A stretch of 64,000 nt of DNA from Candidatus Bathyarchaeota archaeon (GCA_963767735.1 CAVYES010000004.1:416001-480000); one strand, 5' to 3'. Positions 1 to 10,347 are shown, counted from the stretch's first letter. Notes: generated from the sequence alone by a model not told the origin. Made by a program: numbers and translations.

Positions 1-620
1 TCTTTGTCTACAAGCTTGTTGAAAATAAAAACCTCTTTCTCGGCGCTATAGTTGCAGTAATTGTTTTGGTTGATCCCCTGCTTTTTGCGCCTTCAGCAAG
101 TTACTCTGCCGCTAACTTTCTGCATTACCGACTCTTAAGCCTGCATGTTCAGACTTTCTCGCCAAGTTACTACTGTGGATATCTCTTAGCAAACGCTCAC
201 ATCCTCCAAACAGTCTTGTTAGTGGGTGCTTTGTATTTTGGATTCGCCAAAAAACCTTGGCTTTCAGCGTTGTTGTTTGCGTTCGGCTTATTTGACCCGC
301 GGAGCGCGCTTTTTGCATTACCGCTGCTTTTGTGGTATAACAGGCACTCGATATGGGCATTCATTGCGGGGTCTGCTGTTTTTCTTGCGGCTACAAATCT
401 CCCATTCTTCTTCTATTACGGTGTCGGCTTTGCATTCTTGAAGACAGAAACCACGGGGTCAGTAGTTTCACAAATGTACCTGTATGATTGGATTCCGCTT
501 TTTTCAATCGCCTCACTAACTATAATAGAAATAGTAACAGTCCTGTACAATCGAAAGATTTACTTTAGCCCTCCGCTAAACTTTAAAACTGAGAAATTGG
601 CAAACCAGAAAAAACAATAA
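1..620 (+). CDS. Polytopic membrane protein, GT-C/GT87-like glycosyltransferase C-terminal part (5' end outside window)
   Basis: Hydrophobic ORF with several TM segments; frame appears open to the window edge; family call tentative. Confidence 0.5.
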   Translation, partial: FVYKLVENKNLFLGAIVAVIVLVDPLLFAPSASYSAANFLHYRLLSLHVQTFSPSYYCGYLLANAHILQTVLLVGALYFGFAKKPWLSALLFAFGLFDPRSALFALPLLLWYNRHSIWAFIAGSAVFLAATNLPFFFYYGVGFAFLKTETTGSVVSQMYLYDWIPLFSIASLTIIEIVTVLYNRKIYFSPPLNFKTEKLANQKKQ

Positions 621-760
621 GTCGAGTTATGTGCTTGTAACGCCATCTCACACGTTTTTTTAAATGTTTTAGGACTAAACTGTTTGCGTTGAGGGTAAAA
701 GAATATATCTGTTGACTTGTCTTTGTTACTTTTCAACTTCAAGGCGAAATAGGCGGAAAT

Positions 761-1666
761 ATGGCGTTAGCGGATAAAATTCTGAAGCTCAAGAAAGAAA
801 AGAAAGCTGTGATATTGGCTCATAATTATCAAAGGTCAGAAATTCAAGACATAGCTGACTACGTGGGCGACAGCATTGAGTTGAGCCGTAAAGCAGTTGA
901 GGAAAAAGATGCTGAAATGATTGTTTTCTCAGCTGTAGATTTCATGGCTGAATCAGCAGCAATTCTTAATCCAGAAAAGAAAGTGCTTTTGCCATGTTTA
1001 GGCGCACGTTGCCCAATGGCGCAGATGCTTACGGTCGATGAGATAAAACGTGCTAAAGCCCAATACCCAAAAGCTCCAGTAGTGCTGTACGTGAACACGT
1101 TAGCCGTGTGCAAAGCCAACTGCGACGTTTGCTGCACCAGCGCCAACGCTGTAGAAGTCATAAAATCTCTCGACGCAGAAACGATACTGTTTGGCCCAGA
1201 CCATAACCTAGCCGAATACGTTTCCGAAAAAACGGGTAAAACGCTTATTTCAATTCCTGAAAATGGCTTTTGCCCAACGCACCTGCTTTTCCAGCCTGAA
1301 GACGTCACAGTTCTAAAGATGCAGCATCCAGACGCGACCGTTATGGTTCACCCTGAATGCAGTTCAGAGATGCGCAAATTAGCTGATTACGTCGGCAGCA
1401 CCTCAAAAATGTGTCGCTACGCCAAAGAATCCACCGCCAAAAACTTCATAGTCGGCACCGAAGAAGGCATCCTGCACAGATTGCGAAAAGAGAACCCAGA
1501 AAAAAACTTTTACTTGGCTTATCAAGATGCGATTTGCCCGAACATGAAGTTGACAACGCTTGATCGCTTGTATGTTGCGTTGAAAGAGGAGAAGAATGTG
1601 GTTAAGGTCCCGGATGCAGTTGCAAAGAAGGCTCGGGCTTCACTGGAACGCATGTTTGAAGTTTAA
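761..1666 (+). CDS. nadA: Quinolinate synthase
   Basis: ILAHNYQ, GDSIELS, FMAESA, CPMA, YVNT, HPEC, GST and CPNMK motifs with the three Fe-S Cys. Confidence 0.97.
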   Translation: MALADKILKLKKEKKAVILAHNYQRSEIQDIADYVGDSIELSRKAVEEKDAEMIVFSAVDFMAESAAILNPEKKVLLPCLGARCPMAQMLTVDEIKRAKAQYPKAPVVLYVNTLAVCKANCDVCCTSANAVEVIKSLDAETILFGPDHNLAEYVSEKTGKTLISIPENGFCPTHLLFQPEDVTVLKMQHPDATVMVHPECSSEMRKLADYVGSTSKMCRYAKESTAKNFIVGTEEGILHRLRKENPEKNFYLAYQDAICPNMKLTTLDRLYVALKEEKNVVKVPDAVAKKARASLERMFEV

Positions 1667-1739
1667 GCCGCTTATTATTCTACATCGCAAGTATTATTAG
1701 CCAACTAACCGATAGTTATTTGCATCACGTGATGAGATA

Positions 1740-4700
1740 ATGAGAAAGTCACCGTTAGGGCTACTCTTGTGTGCTCTAATTGTTGTTTCTCTGGTTTCAG
1801 CCACAACGATGCACTTTAGCGGGGCGCAAAGTTCAGGGACAAACGTCAGTGGCACACTTACTTCAGACACCACTTGGACATCAGCAAACAGCCCGTACAA
1901 CTTGACGGGAAATGTCAACGTCAATAGCGGAGTAACTCTATATATTCAGCCCGGAGTCACCGTAAACTTCAACAATTATGTTTTAAATAACTATGGAACG
2001 CTAAATGCCCAAGGAACCCTGAACGATCTGATAAATCTAAATCTCTCCGACAATGGTAATGAACCTGGCGTTGACCCCGCGATAGATTTCGAAATGAGTA
2101 GTACAAGTTGGAATCAGCAAACGAGTACGGGCTCAATCATCGAATATGCAGTCATCAATTCAGCTTGGCAACCTGCAACAATACTTATCGACTCTGTTTC
2201 GCCCAAAATTTATTTGGACACCATCAACTATTGTGGTCCTCACAGCGGCGGAGGCCCCCTGATTGATGTCGAAGGGACAAACGCAAATCCAATAATAGCT
2301 AACAACACAGTTGCAGGCGATATTTATGCTCAGGGGGGATTAATCTGCAACAACACAATTAACACCGCTGCGTTGTCAAATGGGGATTCTGCGCTTGGTA
2401 TATGGGGAAACGTAACTGTCTTAGGCAATTTATTGTGCGGTGGCTATTATGGAATTTATGCATCAGGCAACGATGGCGATAACGTCCTTGTTCAAAACAA
2501 CCTGATTGTTAATAATACCTACGGCGTAGGGGTGGGATTAGCTAATGGATTTAGTCTTTTGATGCAGAACAACACAGTTTCTGATAATACCTACGGCGTC
2601 TACCTATCATCCCAGTCAAGTCCTGAGTCCGCTAACCTAACCATCCAAAGCAACAATATTTTTAATAACCGCATCTTCAATTTTCAGATAACCCTTACAT
2701 CTGATTTTAATGCCACTTCCAATTGGTGGGGAACAACTAATACCACGGCCATAAGCCAGGCAATTTATGACTTCAAATACGACTTCAACTTAGGCACAGT
2801 TAACTTTTTACCATTTCTAAACGCCCCTAACCCAATGGCTCCAGCGTATACTTCAAATTGTAAAGCCCCTTCGCCCCCAGAAGCAAATGTACCACCTGGC
2901 TACACACCCGTGAGCGGAATTATAGGTTCGGATATCACTTGGACATCACCCAACAGTCCATACTTCCTTACAGGAAACATATTGGTTAACAACAGCATCA
3001 CATTGACTATTCAGCCAGGAGTCACTGTTTATTTCAACGGATTTTACATAAAAGTGAATGGCACACTAGATGCGCAGGGGACTTCCGACGACAAAATAAT
3101 ATTAAACAATCCAAGTACATCTTCGTCTTCAAACAGCCCTTCAATAATTGAGTTTGGCGGTAACAGTACAAACTGGAATCCGCAGACAAGCACTGGTTCC
3201 ATTATCGAATATGCTACCATCACCACCCAATTGCCCATTATTATTGATTCGTCTTCTCCCAAAATCGACTTAAGCACAATCAATAGTACGGCCTTTCAAA
3301 CAGGCGGCTATCACGGCATGGCCAGTTATCCCTCATCGATTCTAGTTCAAGGAACAAACCCGACGCCCATAATAGCAAACAACACCATCTTCGGAGCCAT
3401 TTTCGCTAATGGAGGGTTAATCTGTAATAACACAATTACGCGTTCATCATTGTCAGGTCTAGGGTACATCTATAACTATGGCCTTAACCTGCAGGGAAAC
3501 GTTACCGCAACAGGCAACAAACTATACAGTTTAGACCAAGGAATCACAGTGGAAGATGGATCCAACACGGTAACTTTGATACAATCGAACTTGGCATTCA
3601 ACAACACTATCGGACTCAGTATGGCAAGTTACTCCGATAACAGCAAAATAATTGTGCAGAACAACACGTTTTCTGATAACAACTATGGAATCGTATGTAC
3701 CCCTGTCTCCAGCGGGAGCCCAAATCTATCTTTAGGACGGCTAAATGGTCCTATACCAGGCAACGTAACTATCATATACAATAACCTATTCAACAACATC
3801 ATCCACAACTTAGACACAACATATTCCTCTGATTTTAACGCTTTTTTGAACTGGTGGGGAACAACCAACGCAACCACTATAGGCCAATTCATCTATGATT
3901 ACAAATACGATTTTAACTTAGGAATAATATCTTTTACCCCGTTTCTAACAGCTGCCAACCCAAACGCCCCAGCTTATACATCTACCAAACCCGCACCTTC
4001 ACCGCCCACAGCCCCACAGGCCCCTGCAGGATACACTTCAGTCGGCGGCGTCATAAACTCTGACACGATCTGGACAGCTGCAAACAGTCCCTATTGCTTC
4101 ACAGGCAATGTTTTGGTAAACAACGGCGTGACCTTAACTATTCAGCCAGGAGTAACCGTGAATTTTAATAGTTTCTATCTGCGGGTAAACGGAACATTAA
4201 CTGCTCAGGGAACAAACGGCAAAAAAATAACATTCAACATTCCCTCTCAACCTTCAAGCGCCGTAAATCAAGCAATAGGTATGTTCCCTGCGATACAGTT
4301 TGAAAGTTGTAGCTCGAGTTGGAATCCGCAAACAGGGTCGGGCTCAATAATCGAAAATGCTGTAGTGAACTCTAATTGGTTCTACACTGGGGATTCTGGA
4401 GTCTATCGCACAATAGAGGCTGATGGTGTTTCGCCAAAAATTGCCTTCAACAGCATCTCTCTTGGCTTCGGCAACAGCTATTACAATACTTTCGCAATAG
4501 CAATCTACATTCAAGGCTCTAACTCCTCACCAGTAATAGCTAACAACACTATAACTGGTGAAGTTCATGCAGACGGCGGACAAATCTGCAACAACACCGT
4601 CACAACCTTAAATCAGAATTACCCAGCAATATCTGTGCAGGGAAACACCACCGTAACAGGCAACACAGTGTATAACTCTGGCACTGCAATCTACGCCGTT

Positions 4701-5444
4701 GACTACCAACTGGATTTAGCAAACGACACCACCGCCATAAAGTCAAACTTGATTTACAACAACACCTACGGCTTAGAGCTCACGTTGGACCCTAGCTACA
4801 ACGTGTGGACCTTATACCAAAATGGCATCTTCACAGTTACATACCCAACAAATCCCAGTTTAAGCAACTATACTATGGTTGTTGAGAATAACACAATCAT
4901 TCTCAATTCCTATGGCATTTGCCTGTCAAAACAATACAATTCAACCTCGTTTACAAACCTCATCCTAACATACAACAACATCTACGACAACCGCTTCTGC
5001 AATCTACAAACTACTTACGCTACAAGCTTTAACTTCGCCTATAACTGGTGGGGCACAAATAACTCAGCAGCAATCGCCCAAACAATCATTGACGCAAACA
5101 ACGCGACCAACCCTAACACCATAACCTATCTTCCATTCCTGAATTACTCCAATGCCGCAGCTCCGATTTTCTTTTCAACTAGCCAAACAACCCAGCCCAC
5201 CCCAACACCAACCGTCACAGCAACAACAAATCCCGCACCTACAGCTACTCCAACGTCTAATTCTCATACAACCACAACTCCTACAACGACTCCCACCCTA
5301 ACCAACCCGGCTCAAACACAGTATATTTTAATAGTGATTGTAGCTGTGTTTTTGGTTGTTGTTGTTGCTTCTGTGTTTGCTTTTACTTATACAAGACGCA
5401 ATAAACTAAGGCGGTTTGCAAGTGATTTGCCGTCGAATGTTTAG
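1740..5444 (+). CDS. Large membrane-anchored surface protein with three parallel beta-helix (NosD/pectin-lyase-like) modules
   Basis: Signal peptide, Asn-rich 'I.NN.I..N.YGI' coils, three 'A..NWWGT' motifs, Thr/Pro linker, C-terminal TM and basic tail. Confidence 0.85.
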   Translation: MRKSPLGLLLCALIVVSLVSATTMHFSGAQSSGTNVSGTLTSDTTWTSANSPYNLTGNVNVNSGVTLYIQPGVTVNFNNYVLNNYGTLNAQGTLNDLINLNLSDNGNEPGVDPAIDFEMSSTSWNQQTSTGSIIEYAVINSAWQPATILIDSVSPKIYLDTINYCGPHSGGGPLIDVEGTNANPIIANNTVAGDIYAQGGLICNNTINTAALSNGDSALGIWGNVTVLGNLLCGGYYGIYASGNDGDNVLVQNNLIVNNTYGVGVGLANGFSLLMQNNTVSDNTYGVYLSSQSSPESANLTIQSNNIFNNRIFNFQITLTSDFNATSNWWGTTNTTAISQAIYDFKYDFNLGTVNFLPFLNAPNPMAPAYTSNCKAPSPPEANVPPGYTPVSGIIGSDITWTSPNSPYFLTGNILVNNSITLTIQPGVTVYFNGFYIKVNGTLDAQGTSDDKIILNNPSTSSSSNSPSIIEFGGNSTNWNPQTSTGSIIEYATITTQLPIIIDSSSPKIDLSTINSTAFQTGGYHGMASYPSSILVQGTNPTPIIANNTIFGAIFANGGLICNNTITRSSLSGLGYIYNYGLNLQGNVTATGNKLYSLDQGITVEDGSNTVTLIQSNLAFNNTIGLSMASYSDNSKIIVQNNTFSDNNYGIVCTPVSSGSPNLSLGRLNGPIPGNVTIIYNNLFNNIIHNLDTTYSSDFNAFLNWWGTTNATTIGQFIYDYKYDFNLGIISFTPFLTAANPNAPAYTSTKPAPSPPTAPQAPAGYTSVGGVINSDTIWTAANSPYCFTGNVLVNNGVTLTIQPGVTVNFNSFYLRVNGTLTAQGTNGKKITFNIPSQPSSAVNQAIGMFPAIQFESCSSSWNPQTGSGSIIENAVVNSNWFYTGDSGVYRTIEADGVSPKIAFNSISLGFGNSYYNTFAIAIYIQGSNSSPVIANNTITGEVHADGGQICNNTVTTLNQNYPAISVQGNTTVTGNTVYNSGTAIYAVDYQLDLANDTTAIKSNLIYNNTYGLELTLDPSYNVWTLYQNGIFTVTYPTNPSLSNYTMVVENNTIILNSYGICLSKQYNSTSFTNLILTYNNIYDNRFCNLQTTYATSFNFAYNWWGTNNSAAIAQTIIDANNATNPNTITYLPFLNYSNAAAPIFFSTSQTTQPTPTPTVTATTNPAPTATPTSNSHTTTTPTTTPTLTNPAQTQYILIVIVAVFLVVVVASVFAFTYTRRNKLRRFASDLPSNV
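1839..5165 (+). repeat. Three tandem ~1.1-kb intragenic modules
   Basis: Each starts 'G.(I/L).SD..WT..NSPY..TGN..VN...TL.IQPGVTV.FN' and ends 'NWWGT.N...I.Q.I.D...PFL'; starts near 1840, 2900 and 4030. Confidence 0.9.
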
Positions 5445-5848
5445 ACTGTTACTATTGTTGTTTTGAGGATTTTTACTCCTTTTCTCGTGGTTAATTCGTC
5501 GCTCAGTTCCCGTATTTCTGAGGCTTTACCTTTGACTGCAATGGCTTCTAGGCAGTCGCGTTCGCTTATGTGAATATGCAGTGTCGATGTAATTATTGAG
5601 GAGTGTTCATGCTGGGTTTCGGTTAGTTCACTTTCAAGTCCCTTTGCTTCATGGTCATAAACCATGAGTATGACTCCTGTTTGGATTGTGTTTTCTTCTT
5701 TAATCCATTTTTGGTCAGAAACGTATAGTCTTACTGCGTCTTGTATTGCTTTGCTGCGGCTCTCGTACCCCATTTTGCTTATGATTTCGTCGAAGTCTTT
5801 GAGGAGTTCAGGCGGGAACGTTACGCCTATACGAGTGACTTTTGACAT
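5441..5848 (-). CDS. nikR: Nickel-responsive regulator NikR (start reassigned to ATG 5848)
   Basis: RHH N-terminus RIGVTFPPELL..FD, SRSKAIQDAVR; Ni ligands YDH, QHEH, HIH, CLE. Confidence 0.95.
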   Translation of the reverse strand: MSKVTRIGVTFPPELLKDFDEIISKMGYESRSKAIQDAVRLYVSDQKWIKEENTIQTGVILMVYDHEAKGLESELTETQHEHSSIITSTLHIHISERDCLEAIAVKGKASEIRELSDELTTRKGVKILKTTIVTV

Positions 5849-5902
5849 AGAGGTCACACATTGATTGTTGGTGATTTGCACCTAAAAGGTTTTATATGTT
5901 TG

Positions 5903-5930
5903 GTAACACGTTTTTTTAATAAAGTGTTAC
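5903..5930. promoter_or_regulatory. NikR operator GTAACA-N16-TGTTAC downstream of TATA (TTTATATG, 5891-5898)
   Basis: Perfect 7-bp inverted repeat with the 6-16-6 geometry of NikR sites, between divergent nikR and NiCoT genes. Confidence 0.85.
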
Positions 5931-5944
5931 TGCGTGATCTCTGA

Positions 5945-7087
5945 GTGACCCAAGAAAACAGTAAATGCGACAGATTGGGATTAACTTTTAAGGAGAAAGC
6001 AAAAATTGGCGCCATTTACGGCGTTTTAGCAGCCGTAACAGTTGCGCTAGTATTAGTTGCAACAATGATTGGATACAAATATTCAATTTTGGCGGGGGTG
6101 GGTCTTGTGTCATACGTGCTTGGGTTGCGCCATGCTGTTGACGCTGACCATATTGCTACAATCGATAACACAACCAGAAAGCTCCTGCAGCAGGGAAAGC
6201 GGCCGGTAACAGTGGGAATGTGGTTTTCTCTGGGGCATTCAACCGTCGTAATTGCATTAACGGCTGCATTAGTGCTTTTAACCAGAGCTGTGGTAAATGC
6301 AGTTCCAGCTTTTGAAAGCGGAGGAGCCATAGTCGGCACCTCGATTAGCGGGGCATTTCTATTCATAATTGGATTAGTCAACGTTCTCATAGTATTAGAT
6401 GTGTATAAAACATTCAAGGGCTTAAAAGAAGGCAGACTTACGGGGGCTCAACTGGATGATGCTCTCAACAAAAACAGTTTTATGAATAAAACCTTTGGAA
6501 AATTATTCAAAATCGTGAACGAACCCTGGCAAATATACCCAGTAGGTATTCTCTTCGGTTTAGGTTTTGATACGGCAACTCAGATTGCCCTTATCGCCAT
6601 AACCATCGGTGTCGCTGGCAGTGTACCGTTCGGGTACGTTCTTCTGATGCCGCTTCTCTTCACCGCAGGGATGGTTACAATAGATACATCCGACGGCATA
6701 TCAATGCGGTGCGCCTACGGCTGGGCTTTTCTAAAGCCTATACGAAAAATCTACTACAACCTCACAATCACAATAATCTCCGTTCTAGTAGCTTTCGCCA
6801 TCGGAGGAATAGAGTTAATCCAGGTAGTGGCAAGTGAACTTGGCTGGACAACTGGCTTTTGGGGTTTTCTAGCTAACCTTGATTTCGAAACCATGGGTTA
6901 TGCAATCATCGCAATTTTCCTAATTTCATGGGTCGCCGCCATGGCTTACTACAGATACAAAGGATATGAAAAAACCGCTTTTCCAGCAAAACCCCCCACT
7001 TTTCCTTGCAACGCCTCAACCAAAGAAACTTCTCATATGTTTGATGCCGACGCAAGTACAATAGAAAAAATAGATAACCTATATTGA
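5945..7087 (+). CDS. NiCoT (HoxN/HupN/NixA) family transporter, probably nickel
   Basis: GLRHAVDADHIATIDN, FSLGHS, GLGFDTAT motifs; divergent from nikR. Confidence 0.93.
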   Translation: MTQENSKCDRLGLTFKEKAKIGAIYGVLAAVTVALVLVATMIGYKYSILAGVGLVSYVLGLRHAVDADHIATIDNTTRKLLQQGKRPVTVGMWFSLGHSTVVIALTAALVLLTRAVVNAVPAFESGGAIVGTSISGAFLFIIGLVNVLIVLDVYKTFKGLKEGRLTGAQLDDALNKNSFMNKTFGKLFKIVNEPWQIYPVGILFGLGFDTATQIALIAITIGVAGSVPFGYVLLMPLLFTAGMVTIDTSDGISMRCAYGWAFLKPIRKIYYNLTITIISVLVAFAIGGIELIQVVASELGWTTGFWGFLANLDFETMGYAIIAIFLISWVAAMAYYRYKGYEKTAFPAKPPTFPCNASTKETSHMFDADASTIEKIDNLY

Positions 7088-7150
7088 GTGGCTGTAAGTA
7101 TTGTTTGATGTTGCAATAATTGCTATCTTTGCTGTATTCTGAATTTTGGT

Positions 7151-7570
7151 CTATGGGAGCTTTGTGATTCCTTCTATGTGATCAAAATGTTCGTCGAATG
7201 AGTATATCTCGTTTAAGCGGTTTTGTCTCATGATGTCTACAGCTAATGCATCGTTTGCTTCTAGTTTTAGGTCTTCGCCTAGTTCTACTGCCGCGAAGTA
7301 TGCGTCTCGGGTCACGTCGATTACTTTTACGTTTTCTAACATGAACAGTCCTCGGATGATATTTGTTAACTGGTCTTGTGGCATGCCCTGTTTGAGAATG
7401 TTGACAACTTCTGACACGTGAACAACGGTCAACATGACGTTTTCTTTACCCTGTGATATTTTGCTAATTATTTTTTTGGCGTGCTCCTTCATCTGATTCT
7501 CTTTTTCAGTTAACTGTTTCTTCGGCTTGTAGTATGCATAGATGAAGATGTTGGCATCCAAAAATCTCAT
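7151..7570 (-). CDS. vapC: PIN-domain toxin VapC
   Basis: FLDANIFIY, SE, NDAL, IYSFDEHFD acidic PIN residues. Confidence 0.9.
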   Translation of the reverse strand: MRFLDANIFIYAYYKPKKQLTEKENQMKEHAKKIISKISQGKENVMLTVVHVSEVVNILKQGMPQDQLTNIIRGLFMLENVKVIDVTRDAYFAAVELGEDLKLEANDALAVDIMRQNRLNEIYSFDEHFDHIEGITKLP

Positions 7571-7815
7571 TTGCTTTCCTCGTAGAGTTTCTTCTCAAAC
7601 TCTTTCCAGCTTCCTATTGATTCTACGCCTAAATCGACCTTGTCAAAGCGCGCGGTCAAATCCACCCGACGCTTAGGAACCAATTTTAGATACCCCTTTC
7701 TTTTGATGACGTAAAGCTCTCTGCTTTCTCCAACTTCAGCTTCCCGCCAATCTGCTGGCAAAATAATGCGCCCCTGAGAATCCACTTTTTTGACTTCAAC
7801 ACCAGATTCCGTCAT
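7567..7815 (-). CDS. vapB: AbrB/MazE-type antitoxin
   Basis: KVDSQGRIILPADWR swapped-hairpin motif; 4-nt overlap with vapC. Confidence 0.85.
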   Translation of the reverse strand: MTESGVEVKKVDSQGRIILPADWREAEVGESRELYVIKRKGYLKLVPKRRVDLTARFDKVDLGVESIGSWKEFEKKLYEESK

Positions 7816-8049
7816 AATTCACCATAAAACAATATAGTTCTACTATAATAAAGATTTATCCCCAATTTCCCATGTTTCACCCAGCAACCCAAATCTCTGA
7901 AAACTTCCTCTTGTCGAATGAAGTTTTTGGGTGGTGCATCGTTGAGATTTAATCGGTCCAAGTGGTAATATCTAAGTATTTTTAAAGCCACCTATAATCT
8001 ATCAGTTTAACTAAGCGTGTTTTAGCCTTCCGGCTTTGAAATTAATGAT

Positions 8050-9180
8050 TTAGAAAGCCCACAAGCCTTGTGCAAAGAAGATTAGGAAATAGCACATTAC
8101 TGCTCCCGACGCCAGCACGATTGCTATGTTAACGGCTTTTCTGTTTGTAAGTAAGCCAAAGAGCATGAACATGGGAAACATCGCCATTATATACCGAGGA
8201 ACGCTGATCCACCATGAGGTTGAAACGGCAAGTCCCCAAGAAAGAACCATATAAACTATGTAAACTGGACGCAGACGCCGCCAAAAACTAACTCCAACCA
8301 TCAGCAACCCAAATAAGGCGAAGACTAACGGTGCAAGACCAATGGTGACGTTGTCTGGGTAAGACGCATTCCTTGCCCAGCTGTAAGCAGCAGTTAAACC
8401 CGCCTTTGGGTCAAGCCTGTTAAACCAATGTACAGCCTCCACCGTCAGGAATGTAAACGGGCTTCCAGTAACCTGATAGTTTATGCCAAGATAGATGAGG
8501 AAACCTGCCAACGCCAATAACGGCCATAGAATGTTGAGGTCTGTTTTTTTTGGTTTCCAACCTTTTTGGTGAAAATACTCAACTAAAAGCACAGGCAACA
8601 GCAGAAGCCCCTCAATTCGCGTTAGTGCTGCCAAAAAGCTGATTAAGCCTGCGAACTGCCATTTGCCCAGTCGCGCATAGTAAATGCTGGCGATCAATAG
8701 GGCAAAGAATAGTCCTTCAGTGTAAGGCGCTGAGAGAAAGTATGCCGTGGGAAAAACGCTGAGGAAAAGGACAGCTTTTATGGCTACTTTATCGTTGAAT
8801 TCAAGTTTTGCCAGCTTGTAGAGGTATAAGAAGGCTGCTAGGCTGGAAACGTTTGAGATTATCAGCGCGGAGACGCTGGCGTAGTTAAAATCAACTGTGA
8901 ACAAGCGAATAAGTGCAGGGTATAAGGGGAAAAAAACGATAAAGTTCGCGGCATCCCCAGTGTTAACATACCCGTTTTCTGCGATGGAAACGTAATGCGG
9001 AGCGTCCCAGTGATAGAACATGTTCATAATGATTGTCAAGGGTGAGGCAGGTCCATTGGTCAAGTAAGCTACGGCATAACCGATTGTTAAAACTAGAATT
9101 TTCGCTAATACCACGATGAGGATTGCTAATTTTACTGAACGCGGAATTTTCTGAATCAGGGCTTTAATGTTGAGGCTCAC
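8050..9180 (-). CDS. GT-C mannosyltransferase, PIG-V/GT76-like
   Basis: WDAPHY..IA..GY, FFPLYP, YTEGLF, TR.EG, PRY motifs; multiple TM. Confidence 0.85.
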   Translation of the reverse strand: MSLNIKALIQKIPRSVKLAILIVVLAKILVLTIGYAVAYLTNGPASPLTIIMNMFYHWDAPHYVSIAENGYVNTGDAANFIVFFPLYPALIRLFTVDFNYASVSALIISNVSSLAAFLYLYKLAKLEFNDKVAIKAVLFLSVFPTAYFLSAPYTEGLFFALLIASIYYARLGKWQFAGLISFLAALTRIEGLLLLPVLLVEYFHQKGWKPKKTDLNILWPLLALAGFLIYLGINYQVTGSPFTFLTVEAVHWFNRLDPKAGLTAAYSWARNASYPDNVTIGLAPLVFALFGLLMVGVSFWRRLRPVYIVYMVLSWGLAVSTSWWISVPRYIMAMFPMFMLFGLLTNRKAVNIAIVLASGAVMCYFLIFFAQGLWAF

Positions 9181-9320
9181 TGCTTTTTTCCTTCAGCACT
9201 TAAGATTAATTTTTCTATTTGAATAGTAATGCCCATTTGTTAATTTTTCTTTTTTGGTGTCACGAACAGTTTATATCAAACATAATTCAGACTAATAATG
9301 GTTAAAAGAGGAGTAAAAAA

Positions 9321-9653
9321 ATGAGTACTGAACCATTTCATGTAACAGATGCCAATTTTGAAGAAACAATCAAGAAAAACAAAATGGTTTTTGTTGATTT
9401 CTGGGCTAACTGGTGTGGACCATGCCGAGCTTTGGCTCCAACAGTTGTGGAATTAGCAAAAGAGTACAGCGGAAAAGTCGTAGTCGGCAAACTTGATGTT
9501 GACGAGAACCCCGCGACGGCCGAGCGCTTTCAAGTTTTCAGCATACCCACCATGATAATTTTCAAAAACGGCTCCGAAGCTGAAAGACTTGTGGGTTTAT
9601 GCCCAAAAAACAAGATAGCTGACACGCTGAAGAAACATTCAGAGCAGCCTTAA
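9321..9653 (+). CDS. trxA: Thioredoxin
   Basis: DFWANWCGPC active site, SIPT cis-Pro motif; GAGGAG RBS. Confidence 0.96.
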   Translation: MSTEPFHVTDANFEETIKKNKMVFVDFWANWCGPCRALAPTVVELAKEYSGKVVVGKLDVDENPATAERFQVFSIPTMIIFKNGSEAERLVGLCPKNKIADTLKKHSEQP

Positions 9654-10288
9654 GCACTTTTCATTTTTTCATACATTTTCTCAAAAGTCCAGCGGATGCT
9701 TGACTTCAGCTCTTTGAGCCGTTCCTCATCCACGTTTCTGATCATTATTTCTTTTATCAAGTCTCCCTCTCGGAAAATGTTGTATGAGAACATTTTGTCT
9801 GCTGGCAACTGTTTTGTCCTAACCAGTTCGCTGTCTTTCTCCTCCATTTTAGCAAAGACTTTTTCAACGAGGAAATTGGTGAAAGGTGGCGTGTTTACGC
9901 TGAAGTTTTTGCTTTCATCAGGCATCACATGCATGCCCTGCTTATCAAAAATAATCAGCGCCAACGGTTCATCAGCCATAGTTTTCAGGGGTATAACGGT
10001 TTCTTGTTCAAGCATATGCTGGGCGACAGGTTTTGAGGCTTCAGAGGAGTGAACAACAACTTTTGGGGGTTCAGGCTCTTGTTTTGGCAAAACAACCTCT
10101 TTAGGCACAGGCGCCTCAGAAATTTCTTTAATGTCTCCGCGCCTAAAGCCCTTCTCAAGCAAAATGGCATTAACCGTATCCAAGGCAGCTTGAACCTCCT
10201 TAGATTCAGCAGTTAATTTTTCCAGTTGCTCTTCCATCCGCTTTTTGAATGCGATAAGTGATTTTATTTTTTCCTGATCTTGAGCCAA
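9650..10288 (-). CDS. Hypothetical protein downstream of lig
   Basis: 212-aa ORF, N-terminal coiled coil, co-oriented with lig. Confidence 0.75.
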   Translation of the reverse strand: MAQDQEKIKSLIAFKKRMEEQLEKLTAESKEVQAALDTVNAILLEKGFRRGDIKEISEAPVPKEVVLPKQEPEPPKVVVHSSEASKPVAQHMLEQETVIPLKTMADEPLALIIFDKQGMHVMPDESKNFSVNTPPFTNFLVEKVFAKMEEKDSELVRTKQLPADKMFSYNIFREGDLIKEIMIRNVDEERLKELKSSIRWTFEKMYEKMKSA

Positions 10289-10347
10289 CGTAGTTCACGC
10301 ACACTGAGTATTTTAGCGGTTGCTGCTTATCAGTTTTAGCTTTTTTT

